Shown: positions 52,028-64,000 of the stretch, piece after piece
How positions within the stretch are numbered: position 1 is the stretch's first letter
How the letters are laid out: every line of letters starts with the position of its first letter
From: Eledone cirrhosa
Taxonomy: Eukaryota
Assembly: GCA_964016885.1 (NCBI GenBank)
Contig: OZ024745.1
Span: forward strand, 110,174,001-110,238,000
Direction: 5' to 3'
DNA: 64,000 nucleotides
Notes under the pieces: model-generated
The model's input: only the letters and a program-made list of their open reading frames with translations
The model's database searches: none
Told to the model about the DNA's origin: nothing
Program-made: the position numbers and the translations under genes

Positions 52028-54214
52028 CTTGATGTTTAAATATCAAACTCCAAAACAAAGAAAGCATGTTTCATCTTAGTTGGTGTTTGTTTCCTCAACA
52101 AACAAAGTTGTGGTTTACAGATATGTCTAAAATGTATAACAAAGCTCAACACAACTTTCCGAAATCACATTTATTGCACTTTTGAACGATATAAATCAAA
52201 AGAAAATATAGAGTCAGAGAAAAAGAACAAACCTTTTAGAATGTTTAAGATGTTAAATCAAAGTCTTTTATACTGTGTTGTAATGTTGGTAGAAAATGCA
52301 GAGTAATAAATTAGCCATAGAGCAATAATATTACCCAACATAGGTATCAACTGTCTGATGAAGATACCTCTATGAAGATGTTCAACGTGCAAGAAACAGC
52401 AGTTAATTCTTTTACATATTAAGCCCCACCATCTTAGATAATAGAGAGTACACTAGATAGTGTAGTTACTGGAATATAAAAAGATATAATCGTTATGGAT
52501 GGAATGCCTTTGGTCACAGCGTGAATGCTTTTACAGCCAGAACGTGTTTGATCAGAGTTGATCAGGGGCTAAATAACAACTAAACAACTAGTAAAAGGCA
52601 CTATAATAATAAAACAAATAGAAATAATTTATCTTTTTCAGTGAAAGATTTTTGTTTCTGTTTTGTTTATTTTCATCTGATAACTTTGATAGCAAATTGC
52701 CTGAAACTGCCCCTTGTTCTATGATACAAAGCTGTTTATTTTAAAGTGTCTATATTTATCAAAAACCTTTCCATCATAATTTTCTGTAAGTTTTCTAAAT
52801 CATAGTCCAAACACTAACTTGATAATGAAAACGTTAGTTATAATATTATATCCATCCAAAACATAGATTATTTTCAAATGTATTTGAAAATTATAAGCAG
52901 TATCTTTCATTAGAAATATGGTTATGAAATAGTTAGTCAATGAGGAACAGATACTGTCAGTAGAGTGAAATCAAATTAGCCATTGCTCCCTCATTTCTAG
53001 TTAAAAAATGTTTTCGTATCTTGTCATAATTTTCAGCTTTGGGCACCCAGTCTCCAATTTGTGTCAATAGATTTTGTCAGTAGTTGTAGTTTCCATTAAA
53101 AATTATAGTTTTATTGACTCCTCATTATATGAATGTTCCATTAAATTTGAGTCAAGAATAGGGGCATATAGCTGAAGCCTTACAAAAGCTAGATATAATG
53201 TATTATGTTGATTTAATGTAAACATGTGACAAAATACCAAAGGACAATAGAAAGACTATAAAAAAATTTATAAATAATAGGAAGAAATGTTTAAGAATTA
53301 ATACAAATGGGAAAAGGAAGTTTTAAAATGCTATGGCAATATAGAAAAATGAACATAAAACCTTGACGATAATGTTCAAACCAACCAATAATATTTACAG
53401 ATAAAGCTATTAAAACATGTAAGCATGTGTTATATAAGCAATTAATTTTACTAATTTTTGTTACTTTTTTCATGTTATTTTTCTAATGTCTATGTTGTGC
53501 CAGAAAGACAAAGATAATGATGCGCCATTTAGATCCTATAGATGAAGAATGGCAAGAGAAAACAGAATTAAATAACTCTACCTTATATAGTTGGATTTAT
53601 GGTAAAGGAACAGTCTACCCATACCAGTTAAAGAAAGGAGCATACTCAAAGAGATTTATAAATTTGAAGGCAGGTACAAATACTCTGACACAAAAATAAT
53701 CAATATCTGTCATGAACTGGACTCTATTATTCAGAGTAATCTTAATTTGGATGTTCTTTGGTTATGATTATTGATGTTATCTTTAATATTGTTGTGTTAT
53801 AGATATGGCAACAAATGATTGGAAAAACCTCTGATCAAATATAAAGCCGGGTTTTCGCTACAATGTCAAAATATGCCCACAAAGTTTTAAGATTTTGAAC
53901 CTTTCATTATTTTAGACAAAATTCTTAAATTATTCATAATTTATGATTTTTCTGAATCAGCTCCTCAGATTTAGCCATTAATCTTTCAATTTCAACTCTC
54001 ATGCAAGCAGAAATTACTAAACATCACATTGTTGTTTTGTAATATTGCCCTATATCACTTCTTAATATTCGCTCGCTCTGATTGATCGATAAGATCCCTG
54101 ACCTCATTCGCTTGCCAAGTGGGGTGGACCTCATCAAATTGGACCAAAGAAACAAGGTTTCCATTGGTCTTTCCGTTGTTGATACTATCTACTGGTCACA
54201 ACTCACAGCAGAAG

Positions 54215-54333
54215 GAGCAATGTGAAATAAAGTGTCTTGCTCAAGGACACAACTCATCACCTGGTCCGAGAATTGAACTCACAACCTCACGATTGTGAAT
54301 CCAACTCTCTAATCCCTAAGCCAAATGCCTTCA
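54215..54333 (-). mobile_element. tRNA/CORE-type SINE head
   Basis: Matches the reverse complement of 60251-60370. Confidence 0.8.
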
Positions 54334-57300
54334 CTAAAATATTAGAACTACAAAGCCCAGTTGCAGATATGTGATATCACCCAGATGTTGTAACCAACTC
54401 ATGGTAGTGGAATTATGTTGCTTGAGGTCCATATTCTCAGGTTGATGGAGATCTGGGCACTCAGTATATTTTCAGCAGTTTGTCAAGTTCCTTGTGATGG
54501 GTGCTGGAAATTGATCACTGATCTCTGATCACAATCAGGCAAACGACAACAACCTGGGACAGTAGCAGCAAATTAGTAGAAAAATACAAAAAAGAAATGT
54601 GAAACTCAATGAATGTTGAGTGAATCTGTACAAGTTGATTATTAACTGAAATTGTGTTCAAAGTGTCTCATGCATCCAAAGAGATTGCAGGAATTTTGTT
54701 AACTAAAACCAAAACATATCTGTATACTTCTTTCTTGAAAATATCTCAATAATTTCATATCAAGTCTATCGGAATCAAATTCCACATAATCATTACAAGG
54801 ATCCTTTCAAAAAGGTTTCAAATTACAGTATTTTGTCACAATGACATTTTCTCATAGAAAATTGATCAGAGATTCCATCAAATATTGGATTGGTTTGCTT
54901 ATAAATGATTGAAAATAAACACAGAAACTGTTTTGTTTTCTTTCTTCACACGAAAACAATGTACCAAGGAATTAAAATACAAAGAAAAGAAAAAAATGTT
55001 CATGAATATATAATGAAAAACATGAAATAAGCATCCAGTATAAAAAGATAGAGACTCTATACATACTGTAGATGAGTTTTACTAATTAACAACAATGACA
55101 GGAAAACAAAAACACGAAGAAAAGAAATCTAAGTATTTTGAAAAAAGATAAATTAAAGAAAAAAAACAAGCCAAAGTCCACATGACTTTTACACTGAGTC
55201 AATATAGAAAACAATAGATGCAACCAAAAATGCTATAGAAAAGGCACCAGCAGTCTGCCCAAGAAAGAAATAGGGAGGAAGAACTAAGGGAAGGTGTCAG
55301 TAACAAAATGGGACAAAAACCTTATTTCTCATCATATAAACAAACGACAATCACTTCTGATGATAATATTATGGTTTGCTTTTTATATTTAATTATTGAT
55401 TTATTTTACTTTTGGAATTTTTTATGATTTAGCAGTGTTTTCTTCAATAAATTTTATCCAATTAGTGTCTAAATAAAACCACAAATTTAAGCAATTATAC
55501 TATTTATTGTCCTTTAATTAGTCTTTTCCTCCTTTCCTTTCAATTTGAGTGTAATAAAAATGTCTAACTTTCCATCAACAAATCTCGGACATGTTTTTTT
55601 TTATTAATATATGTTGTTATTGCCTGTGTTTTTTGTTGTTTTCTACACCTCTCTCGAAGCCTTTGTTTCTATATTCACCCTTCCCACTACAACTGCTTCA
55701 CAATTCTAAACAACATTTGTTCTCAGGAAGAAAATGAAAACAAAATTTAAACATAATTTTTTTTTTTTTATCTTATGTTCATTAGCACATTTCATCAAAT
55801 TTTCCAATTTCATATCTGAAATATGTTGATATCTTATGCAACAATCAATATGACAATGGATTTTTGTAGATTTTTTTTTTACTAAATTTATTTCTTGCTC
55901 ATTTACAATTTTTAGTTTAGTTTAAATTGTTTTGTTTTTATTCCATCCCAAAATTATATTTCAATATTGTGGATTAGAGTTCATTGTTTGTGTTTCAATG
56001 AATACAACCCCTTTTTCTTTTCTACAAACAATGACAAATCAATTCATTAAAGTTTGGAAGAGAGTTCTTTTTATTTGTCTGTTTGCATTAGTATTCATTG
56101 CCCTTTTCATTAACTCAGAGTTCTTTTCCATAAATCAACATGGGTTTTATACACTGCCTCATATTTATTATACTTTAACAATGACATGATGTTCATAAGA
56201 ATAAATTTTATGACAATGATGTTGATGATGAACTAAAATAATCATAATTAGGATGTAAATCATTACAATGATAATGATAACAAGAGTTATTTGACATAGC
56301 TTCAAACAATGATTTAAAGAACTAATTATATACTTAAGGAATAAAGAAACAACTTTAATATTAAATGCATTTGAAATGACTGGAGGTAGACTATCCAGGC
56401 AGGAAACATACTGTTTCATAACAAAAAAACTGTGCTTTACATGAGTACCTAATAACCTATAATGTAATTCCTTTCTAATCTATTATAAAATAGAAGAATT
56501 AATCAGCACTTAAAATTAAAATTATATCCAAACTGATGTTAGGCACCATAATAATAATGGAAGCTACCTCATATCAGTTAATAATTGAAACTTATATTTT
56601 TTGATGATATTTTAAAAGGCTAGTTGTTTTGTTTACTTTTCTTTTATTTTCACATCTCCTCTCACTTTCGGACTGCTATTTGTAGCAAGTCATGTAACCT
56701 TCTAGAGGGTCTCATGTTGGAACATATCTTAAAGTCTCTTACATAAGATTATGATAGAAACGAATTTAGATAAGTACAAACACTTTAAAGTAAACAGCTT
56801 TGTATCGTAGAACTAGGTGCCAAAAGGGTTAAAATGTTTATATTAATAAAAACAAACTTTCATCACAATTTTATATAAGAACCTTTGTTAAATAAGGCTC
56901 CCAAAATTAGCTTAATAACAAGAACGTTATATATTATATCAAATTCTTGATGATTTAAAAAAAAAAAATGAAAATCCCAAACTGTGTCATATATTAGATA
57001 TATGGCAATGAAAGAATTATATTGGTCTGGAAAGAGTGAAAATGTAATACAGCTTTATTCTAAGACTCAGCAAACATTTTTATGTAATAAAATACAAATA
57101 ATTTCTATTTTTACAATTCCACATGATGCAAAATATGATATGTAGAAGAAAAAAATGTATCATCATTACATTTTAAAACACCTGTTTATGGATTATTTAA
57201 AGTTGAAATTTTCAAGAGAATTACAGATAACCAAGATAACATGACTATCCCTAAAGTCTCCATCTTTAAAGAAAGTTGATTTACTTTTGATTGATGATAA

Positions 57301-57714
57301 CCTGGTACTTACAAATGCTTCCAAAGTGGATAGCATCAAATAATTTCAAACAGTGTCAAGTGACCTCACTATGTTTATCATATTCTGTTTCATTTGTCTT
57401 TAGAGAGAGATAAACATTTCAATTAAATCCCAGCTGATTTAAGTGAAAACTGTAACAGATTTAAATCTTTTGCTACTTCACATTGATATGTGTATAAACA
57501 ACTACTCTTTTACTAGTTTCAGTTACTTGACTGTGGCAATGCTGGGGCATTGCCTTCAAAAGATTTAGTCAATTATATTAACCAGCCCTCTCAAGTAATT
57601 AATTTTTGTTAGTTAAAAATGTTATTGATCTTTTTTGTCAAACCGTTATGTTATGGAATATTAGACTGACCTAAACCTAAGCTCAGATATACACACATAC
57701 ACACACACACACAT

Positions 57715-57771
<57 letters not shown>

Positions 57772-59611
57772 GGTCAGTTACTACAACAGAGCCATACAAA
57801 GAATGTACATTGACCAACTTGTTCAAAATATAATTATATTGAAACTCCTCATATGGTCTTGAGTTTCTTTATATCTTGGATCTGACTTCCCACGGGTACA
57901 AGCCAAAGCTGAAGCATATAGACAACATGCCTCCACCCCCTCCCACTGCAAAGTGGTCGTGGAGGTGCCAAGGCAAAAAAGCACCCAGCCCACACTGTAA
58001 AGTGGACGTGTAGGCACCATGGAAAAAAAGCACCCAGCACTCACTGTAAATGTGGTTGGTGTTAGGAAAGGTATCCAGCTGTAGAAATCAAACCAGAATC
58101 AGTTCCAGTATAAGCAAGACAAGGTCAGCTGACCAGACACTGCCCACAACAGGACAATCCGTCTAACACATGCTAGCATGGAAGAACGGGTGTAAAACGG
58201 TGATGATGATGATGATATATATATATATATATATACGACAGGCTTCTGCAGTTTATGAAATTTTCCTCACAAAGCATTGGTAAACCAAAGGTTAGAGTAG
58301 GTGCCATACAGCAAGAGCCAACCTGAAACCAATTGGTTAGAAACTGCACTTCTTATCCACACAGCCATGATTGCACCCATGTATATAAGAAGTTCAGTTT
58401 CCAACCAATTGGTTTCAGGTTGGCTCCCACTGTATGGCACCTTCTACTCTAGGAGTATATGTATATATATATAACTGTATATATTTGCCTTAAATTTTCA
58501 GTATACCACATGTATTTCACAAATTGATTTTTTTTCTAAATGCGCAGGTTCACCATAACCAATATCAGAATTTGAAAACAAGAAAACCTCTACATAGTTG
58601 TTCCTCCACCAGAAATAGCAGCCAAATGTTCCTCAAATCACATTAACCTTTTTGATACCAAACTGGCTGAAACGATCTCTGGTTCTATGATACAAAGCTG
58701 TTTGTTGTAAAAGTTCTGCTGTAAACTTTCACTTTGATAGTAACCTACCTAAAGCAGGCCCTGGTTCTATAATTGTTTCTACTTTTGGCACAAGGCCAGC
58801 AATTACCCCAGTGCATTACTGGTGTTTTATTTTATCAACCCTGTAAGGATGAAAGGCCAAGTTAACTTCATTGGGATTTGAACTCAGAACGTAAAGGGCC
58901 ATAACTCTATGTTGCAAAGGATGGTGTCTGACGCACTACCGATACTGCCAGTGTTTTATAATGTTCATATTTATCTAAAAACCTTCCATCATAATTTTAT
59001 GTAAGAACATGGTGTTAAGTTATTATGCAGACAATAGCTTAAAAATTATTTTTGATTTAGCCACAAGACCAGTAAATTTAGAAGAGCAAAATTTATCAAA
59101 TCATCTTTAATACTTGACTCTGGGAGAATGAAAGAAAAAAATTGACCTCAATAGGATTGGAATTCAAAATATAAAGAGCCTGAACAATTCAAATACCAAC
59201 CAGCTTAATAATAAGAATAAGGAGAAAGATGTATATTTTACTAAATTCTTCAAATTTTTTTATTTTCAAAATTATTTGAAAATCATAAACAGTGTCTTTC
59301 ATAAGAAATATGGTAACGAAAAAGTTAAAAAATAAAGAATATATTGGATAATGTAGTGTAGCTACAGTATATCTGAAAAGAATTTGCAGGATGGTCATGG
59401 ATAGAATGCCCTTGACAATATCTGCTCAATCATACTGACCAGATGTTGCACAAGAACAACAATTGTCAGAAGACAAACTATTATCAGTTTGCAGTCTTAT
59501 ATTAGTTTATTACAGAAAATGAATAGCAAACACTTCCAGTATTAAAATAAACACTGCTGCAAAGTTGATTGGAAACCTCTTTAAATCTGACTTGATAAAT
59601 AAAATGTTTAA

Positions 59612-59819
59612 TGCTTTAGCATTTAAACCATCCATATCTGGCCAGAATTCTCTCACCTCTTTCTGTTCAAACTGGCCATAAATGGCCGCTTATACTGATG
59701 TTAGTGTATTGTTCTAAAAATAAATAATATTAAAATTTCATAGATTCGAGATTATGTGAGATAAAGCCTTAGCCCTGAAAATATAATAGTAAATACAGAG
59801 TAATGTAAATGCTAAAGGA
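59612..59819 (+). mobile_element. TTAA-type MITE, family A
   Basis: Collinear with the 26872 copy. Confidence 0.78.
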
Positions 59820-60250
59820 TTGAACCAGTAAAATTATTGCTTTATTTTTCTGTTCTTATTGTTGATATGTGGGTCTAAGTCAGTTCAGTTTGAGCAAACC
59901 TATGGCATACAGTCACAGTGCTATTTTGTACTCTTCAAGAAAACCTTGTTAATGCGGTTTCATATAACTTGTTAATTCAAATGTTTATAGTAACTTTACT
60001 AATGGGTAGATTGTTGTGAACATTTGTTATAAACTTAAGTAAAGATTTCAATGTTTAATGTGATGTAATTATAGTGCTGCTTTGTACTTTTCAATAATGT
60101 GTTGTTAATGCAGTTTTATCTCTTAATACCCAACCCTTGCTACTGTGAAAGCAAACATTAAATAATGATGTTGAGGAGTATGATAATCCTGCAACGATGA
60201 TGAGTATGATATTCTAAATGTTGGTTTATTAATTTACATGTTTATAGTAT

Positions 60251-60595
60251 GGAGGCACATGGCTTAGTGGTTAGAGCATTGGCCTTGCAATCGATAGGTT
60301 GTGAGTTCAATTCTCAGACCGAGTGATGTGTTGTTTCCTTGAGCAAGACACTTTATTTCACATTGCTCCAGTTTACTCAGCTGTAGAAATGAGATGATAA
60401 GGACTGGGGTCCCTATCATTCCACTACAAAGTGGTCGTGTAGGTGCCACGGCAAAAAAGCACCCAGCACTCACTGTAAATGAGGTTGGTGTTAGGAAGGG
60501 CATCCAGCTGTAGAAATCAAGCCAGAATCAGTTCCCGTCACACCCTTGCAAGCAGGGAAAAAGCGGACGTAAAATGAAATGATGATGATGATGAA
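60251..60595 (+). mobile_element. Full-length tRNA/CORE-type SINE with RTE tail
   Basis: A and B boxes, core, internal hairpin, RTE-like 3' part, (GAT)n. Confidence 0.9.
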
Positions 60596-60708
60596 TGATG
60601 ATAGTATCTTTACAAATGGACAGATTGTTGTCAAGATTTGGAGTACTAGATAGACTAATTGTGATACACAGATGTACAGAATATCATGCATCCTCTTAGC
60701 TAAGGAGA

Positions 60709-61625
60709 ATCATCATCATCATCATCACCGTTTTACGTCCGTTCTACCACGCTAGCGTGGGTTAGACGGGTTGTCCTGTTGTGTGCAGTGTCTGGTCGGC
60801 TGACCATGCCTTGCTCATACAGGAACTGATCTGGCTTGATTTCTACAGCTGGATGCCCTTCCTAACACCAACCTCATTTACAGTGAGTGCTGGGTGCTTT
60901 TTCGTGGCGCCTACACGTCCACTTTACAGTGTGGGCTGGGTGCTTTTTTGCCGTGGCACCTCCACGACCACCTTGCGGTGGGGGGTGTGGGGGCATATTG
61001 TTTATATGCTTCAGCATGAACCCATGGGAGGTCGGGTACTCTGTATTACTGCGTGACGCCAGAAGTCACGGTCGTGTGTCATTGTCTTTGAGAGGTGTAA
61101 TTGGGTAAGGTCGGCTTTTATCACCTCATCCCAGGTCATCTTGGGTCTCCCCACTCCGCGGTTTCCATCAACTTCTAGTGCTCTGCACCTTTTTATGCAG
61201 CTGTCATCCTTCATACGCATCACATGTCCATACCAGCGCAACTGCCTCTCCTGCACACAGCATTTGATTCCTCTTATGCTCAGTCTCTCTCTCAGTTCAT
61301 TTATGCTTTGTCGTTCACGTATATTACTGTTACACATCCATCGGAGCATGCAGGCTTCGTTTCTCTCTAATCTACGTAAGTCTTCCACCTTCAGCGCCCA
61401 GGTCTCACTACCATGCAACATCGCTGTTCGGATACACGCATCATACAGTCTGCCTTTCATTCTGAGGGAGAAGCCTTTTGCAGCTAGCAGTGGTAGTAGT
61501 TCCCTAAACTTCTTCCATCCCGTTCTTACCTTAGTTATTGTACTTTCTGAACACCCACCTCCGTTGCTAATTCGATCACCTAGGTAGCAGAAGCTGTCTA
61601 CTGTTTCTACAGGGCCCTCCCAGAG
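60709..61625 (-). mobile_element. RTE LINE 3' fragment, sister subfamily of the 31780 copy
   Basis: VDSFCYLGD...MLHGSETW...LRWYGHV...GRPKMTW; 3' UTR; (GAT)n. Confidence 0.92.
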
Positions 61626-62123
61626 ATTGGTGGTACTTGTGAAATAATGCACAAAATATAGAGGCTTCAGCGAATAAAAGAATTTTTAGATGTTCATTCA
61701 ACCTACTAGAAATAGCAGTTAAATCTCACTTATATTATTTTCTAATGTCCTGTAAAAGGAAACATTAGATAATGTAGACATTGGTTTTCTGGATGTAATA
61801 ACAAGAGAGGATGGTTTTGATTAGAATGTCATTAAAAAAGGTCTACTGAATAAGAGGTGAGCGGGGGGAGGGGTTAAACAATAACATACAGAGGATAATT
61901 TATGGAATAGGGTCTCTGTTTTTTTTTTGTTTTTTTCATTGTTATTAATATTTCTTTTGCATTCTAAATATACCTGTGACATCACTGGTGCCAAGCTGTA
62001 TCAGCCTTTGACTTTCCCTTGGACAAAATCAGTGGCAATGAGAGGGAAGACTTGCATACAAGAGCAACTGCTAGACTTCCACAAGCCTACACCTTAAAGA
62101 GGAACATCCCCAAGTGAGACAAG

Positions 62124-62480
62124 TCAAGTACTGATTTTGATTCGAACCCTGCAGCACTCGGCATCAAACCCATCAAGTGCAAGTTGGAGATCAGATTTTG
62201 TCAAGTTAAGTAATACCATGTTGTTTGCAAATTCCAGCCTACTGATTCTAACCCTGCCAGTTATGACACCACTTGCAACCTGGTTGCACATGTCAATCCT
62301 GTTCATGTAAATAATGAACAGGCAAGGTGACAGCAAGTTCCCTTCATGGAGTCTGATTCCCACATTGAATGCTTTTGATTTAGCACCATTTATCCAAACA
62401 GAAATACTCTGGCATTCGTATAGAGACATCATGGCAACAAGAAGTTGACCATTGTTCCTATTCCTATACTCCTGTAGAAC
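62124..62480 (-). mobile_element. Degenerate RTE reverse transcriptase core fragment
   Basis: RLHEGNLLSPCLFIIYM and LEFANNMVLL (degenerate QG..LSP and FADD motifs). Confidence 0.85.
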
Positions 62481-62546
62481 TTTGTAAAATGAAGTTTGTT
62501 TTAAAAAAACTGTACAGAAGCTTGTCATATATATGTGTATGTGTAT

Positions 62547-62582
<36 letters not shown>

Positions 62583-62855
62583 CTGTGTCTTTGTTTATCC
62601 CACACCTCAGTAATTCAAGACATCAATAAAGCAAAAACCAGTCATGAAAAATACAAGAACTGGGGCCAATCTGATTGACTAAGCCCTAAAATGGCCTCAG
62701 TAAAAGAAAGATGTTATACTACACATGCAATTAACTTTTCATATTTTGAAGACTCATTGCTATATCTTCAGACACATGCACACATTAGGAATATATACAC
62801 TTCATATAAAAGATATATTTTACTTAATCTATGATCAATATTTGTATGCATGTAT

Positions 62856-62901
<46 letters not shown>

Positions 62902-63194
62902 CATCATCATCATCATCATCATCATCATCGTTTAACGTCCCTGTTCCACGCTTGCATGGGTTTGGACGAGGGTTTTCCCACTTGAGGCAAGAGTGGTTGT
63001 CTTGCTCGCATAGGACTGTCTGGCATGTTTTCTACAGCTGGATGCCCTTCCTAACACCAACCACATTTACAGTGTGGGACTGGGAGGTTTTTACCGTGTT
63101 GCCTACACGGCCACATTACAGCGTGGACTGTGTGTTTTTTGTTGTGACACCTACACGATCTCATTTGTTTCGGCCTGGATGTTGTGGCACCAAA

Positions 63195-63226
<32 letters not shown>

Positions 63227-63259
63227 TTGTATATGTGTGTATATGAATATACATATGTA

Positions 63260-63340
<81 letters not shown>

Positions 63341-63576
63341 CAACACAACAAATACATCATATATTTGAGAGAAATTGCTGCAAATAATTACATTCATGTG
63401 TGTGAATACATATTACATTATTTTCTGCCTAAGAATACAAAAGGTAGAGAAAAGAAAAAAAACACTTACACACACACACACACACATATGTGCGTGTATG
63501 TGTGTATTCATATATATATATACATTCACATATACTTATATGTGTGTATATATATATATATACACATAAGTATATG

Positions 63577-63635
<59 letters not shown>

Positions 63636-63826
63636 GAATACATAGTTATTTGGAAAATGGGTGTATGATGATGATGATGATATATGCATACCAATACAAA
63701 TATATCTTATTTGGTTTGTCTAAGTCATCATGGTCATATCTATTTCTCTATCTATCATTATATATATGTATGCATGAGTGCGTGTGTATATATATATATA
63801 TATATATAAATATGTGTGCGTGTGTA

Positions 63827-63866
<40 letters not shown>

Positions 63867-63930
63867 TACATGCAAAAACATTATATATATGTGTGTGTAT
63901 ATGTTTATACATACATATATACATAGATAC

Positions 63931-63962
<32 letters not shown>

Positions 63963-64000
63963 AAGAAAATTTCACTGAGAATTTTCTGAATAAAATAAAT

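Noticed and set aside
52349-52405. CTGATGA...GAAAC hammerhead-like motif
   Set aside because: No stem III or UH site; GAAACAGCAG belongs to a common repeat also seen at 28925 and 61705.
53517-53699. 60-aa ORF MMRHLDPIDEEW
   Set aside because: No recognisable motif; length expected by chance.

Overview
AT-rich, repeat-saturated animal genomic DNA with no recognisable host gene. The SINE/RTE repertoire and long (TA)n/(CA)n tracts suggest an octopus-like cephalopod (inference). Almost all ORFs in the track are microsatellite artefacts. The coding-derived segments are retroelement fragments: a Neptune-type Penelope-like element (PLE; RT + GIY-YIG) with an inverted pLTR at 9.4-11.8 kb, several RTE LINE 3' fragments (one with an in-frame PHD-like finger), and CRE-like endonuclease tails. 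Other elements are tRNA/CORE-type SINEs, TTAA (piggyBac-type) and hAT MITEs, tandem non-autonomous Helitrons and a 1.5-kb GC-rich minisatellite with a 145-bp higher-order unit. The most notable hidden signal is type I hammerhead ribozyme motifs at five loci. Three are complete (11659-11708, 12209-12259, 16936-17014). Two are split between the arms of short inverted elements (31.5 kb, 48.1 kb). Most sit in or beside (TA)n tracts. There are also repeated fold-back inverted duplications at microsatellites, including a perfect 212-bp palindrome. All structures were read by eye; nothing was folded or searched computationally, and many repeat boundaries are approximate.
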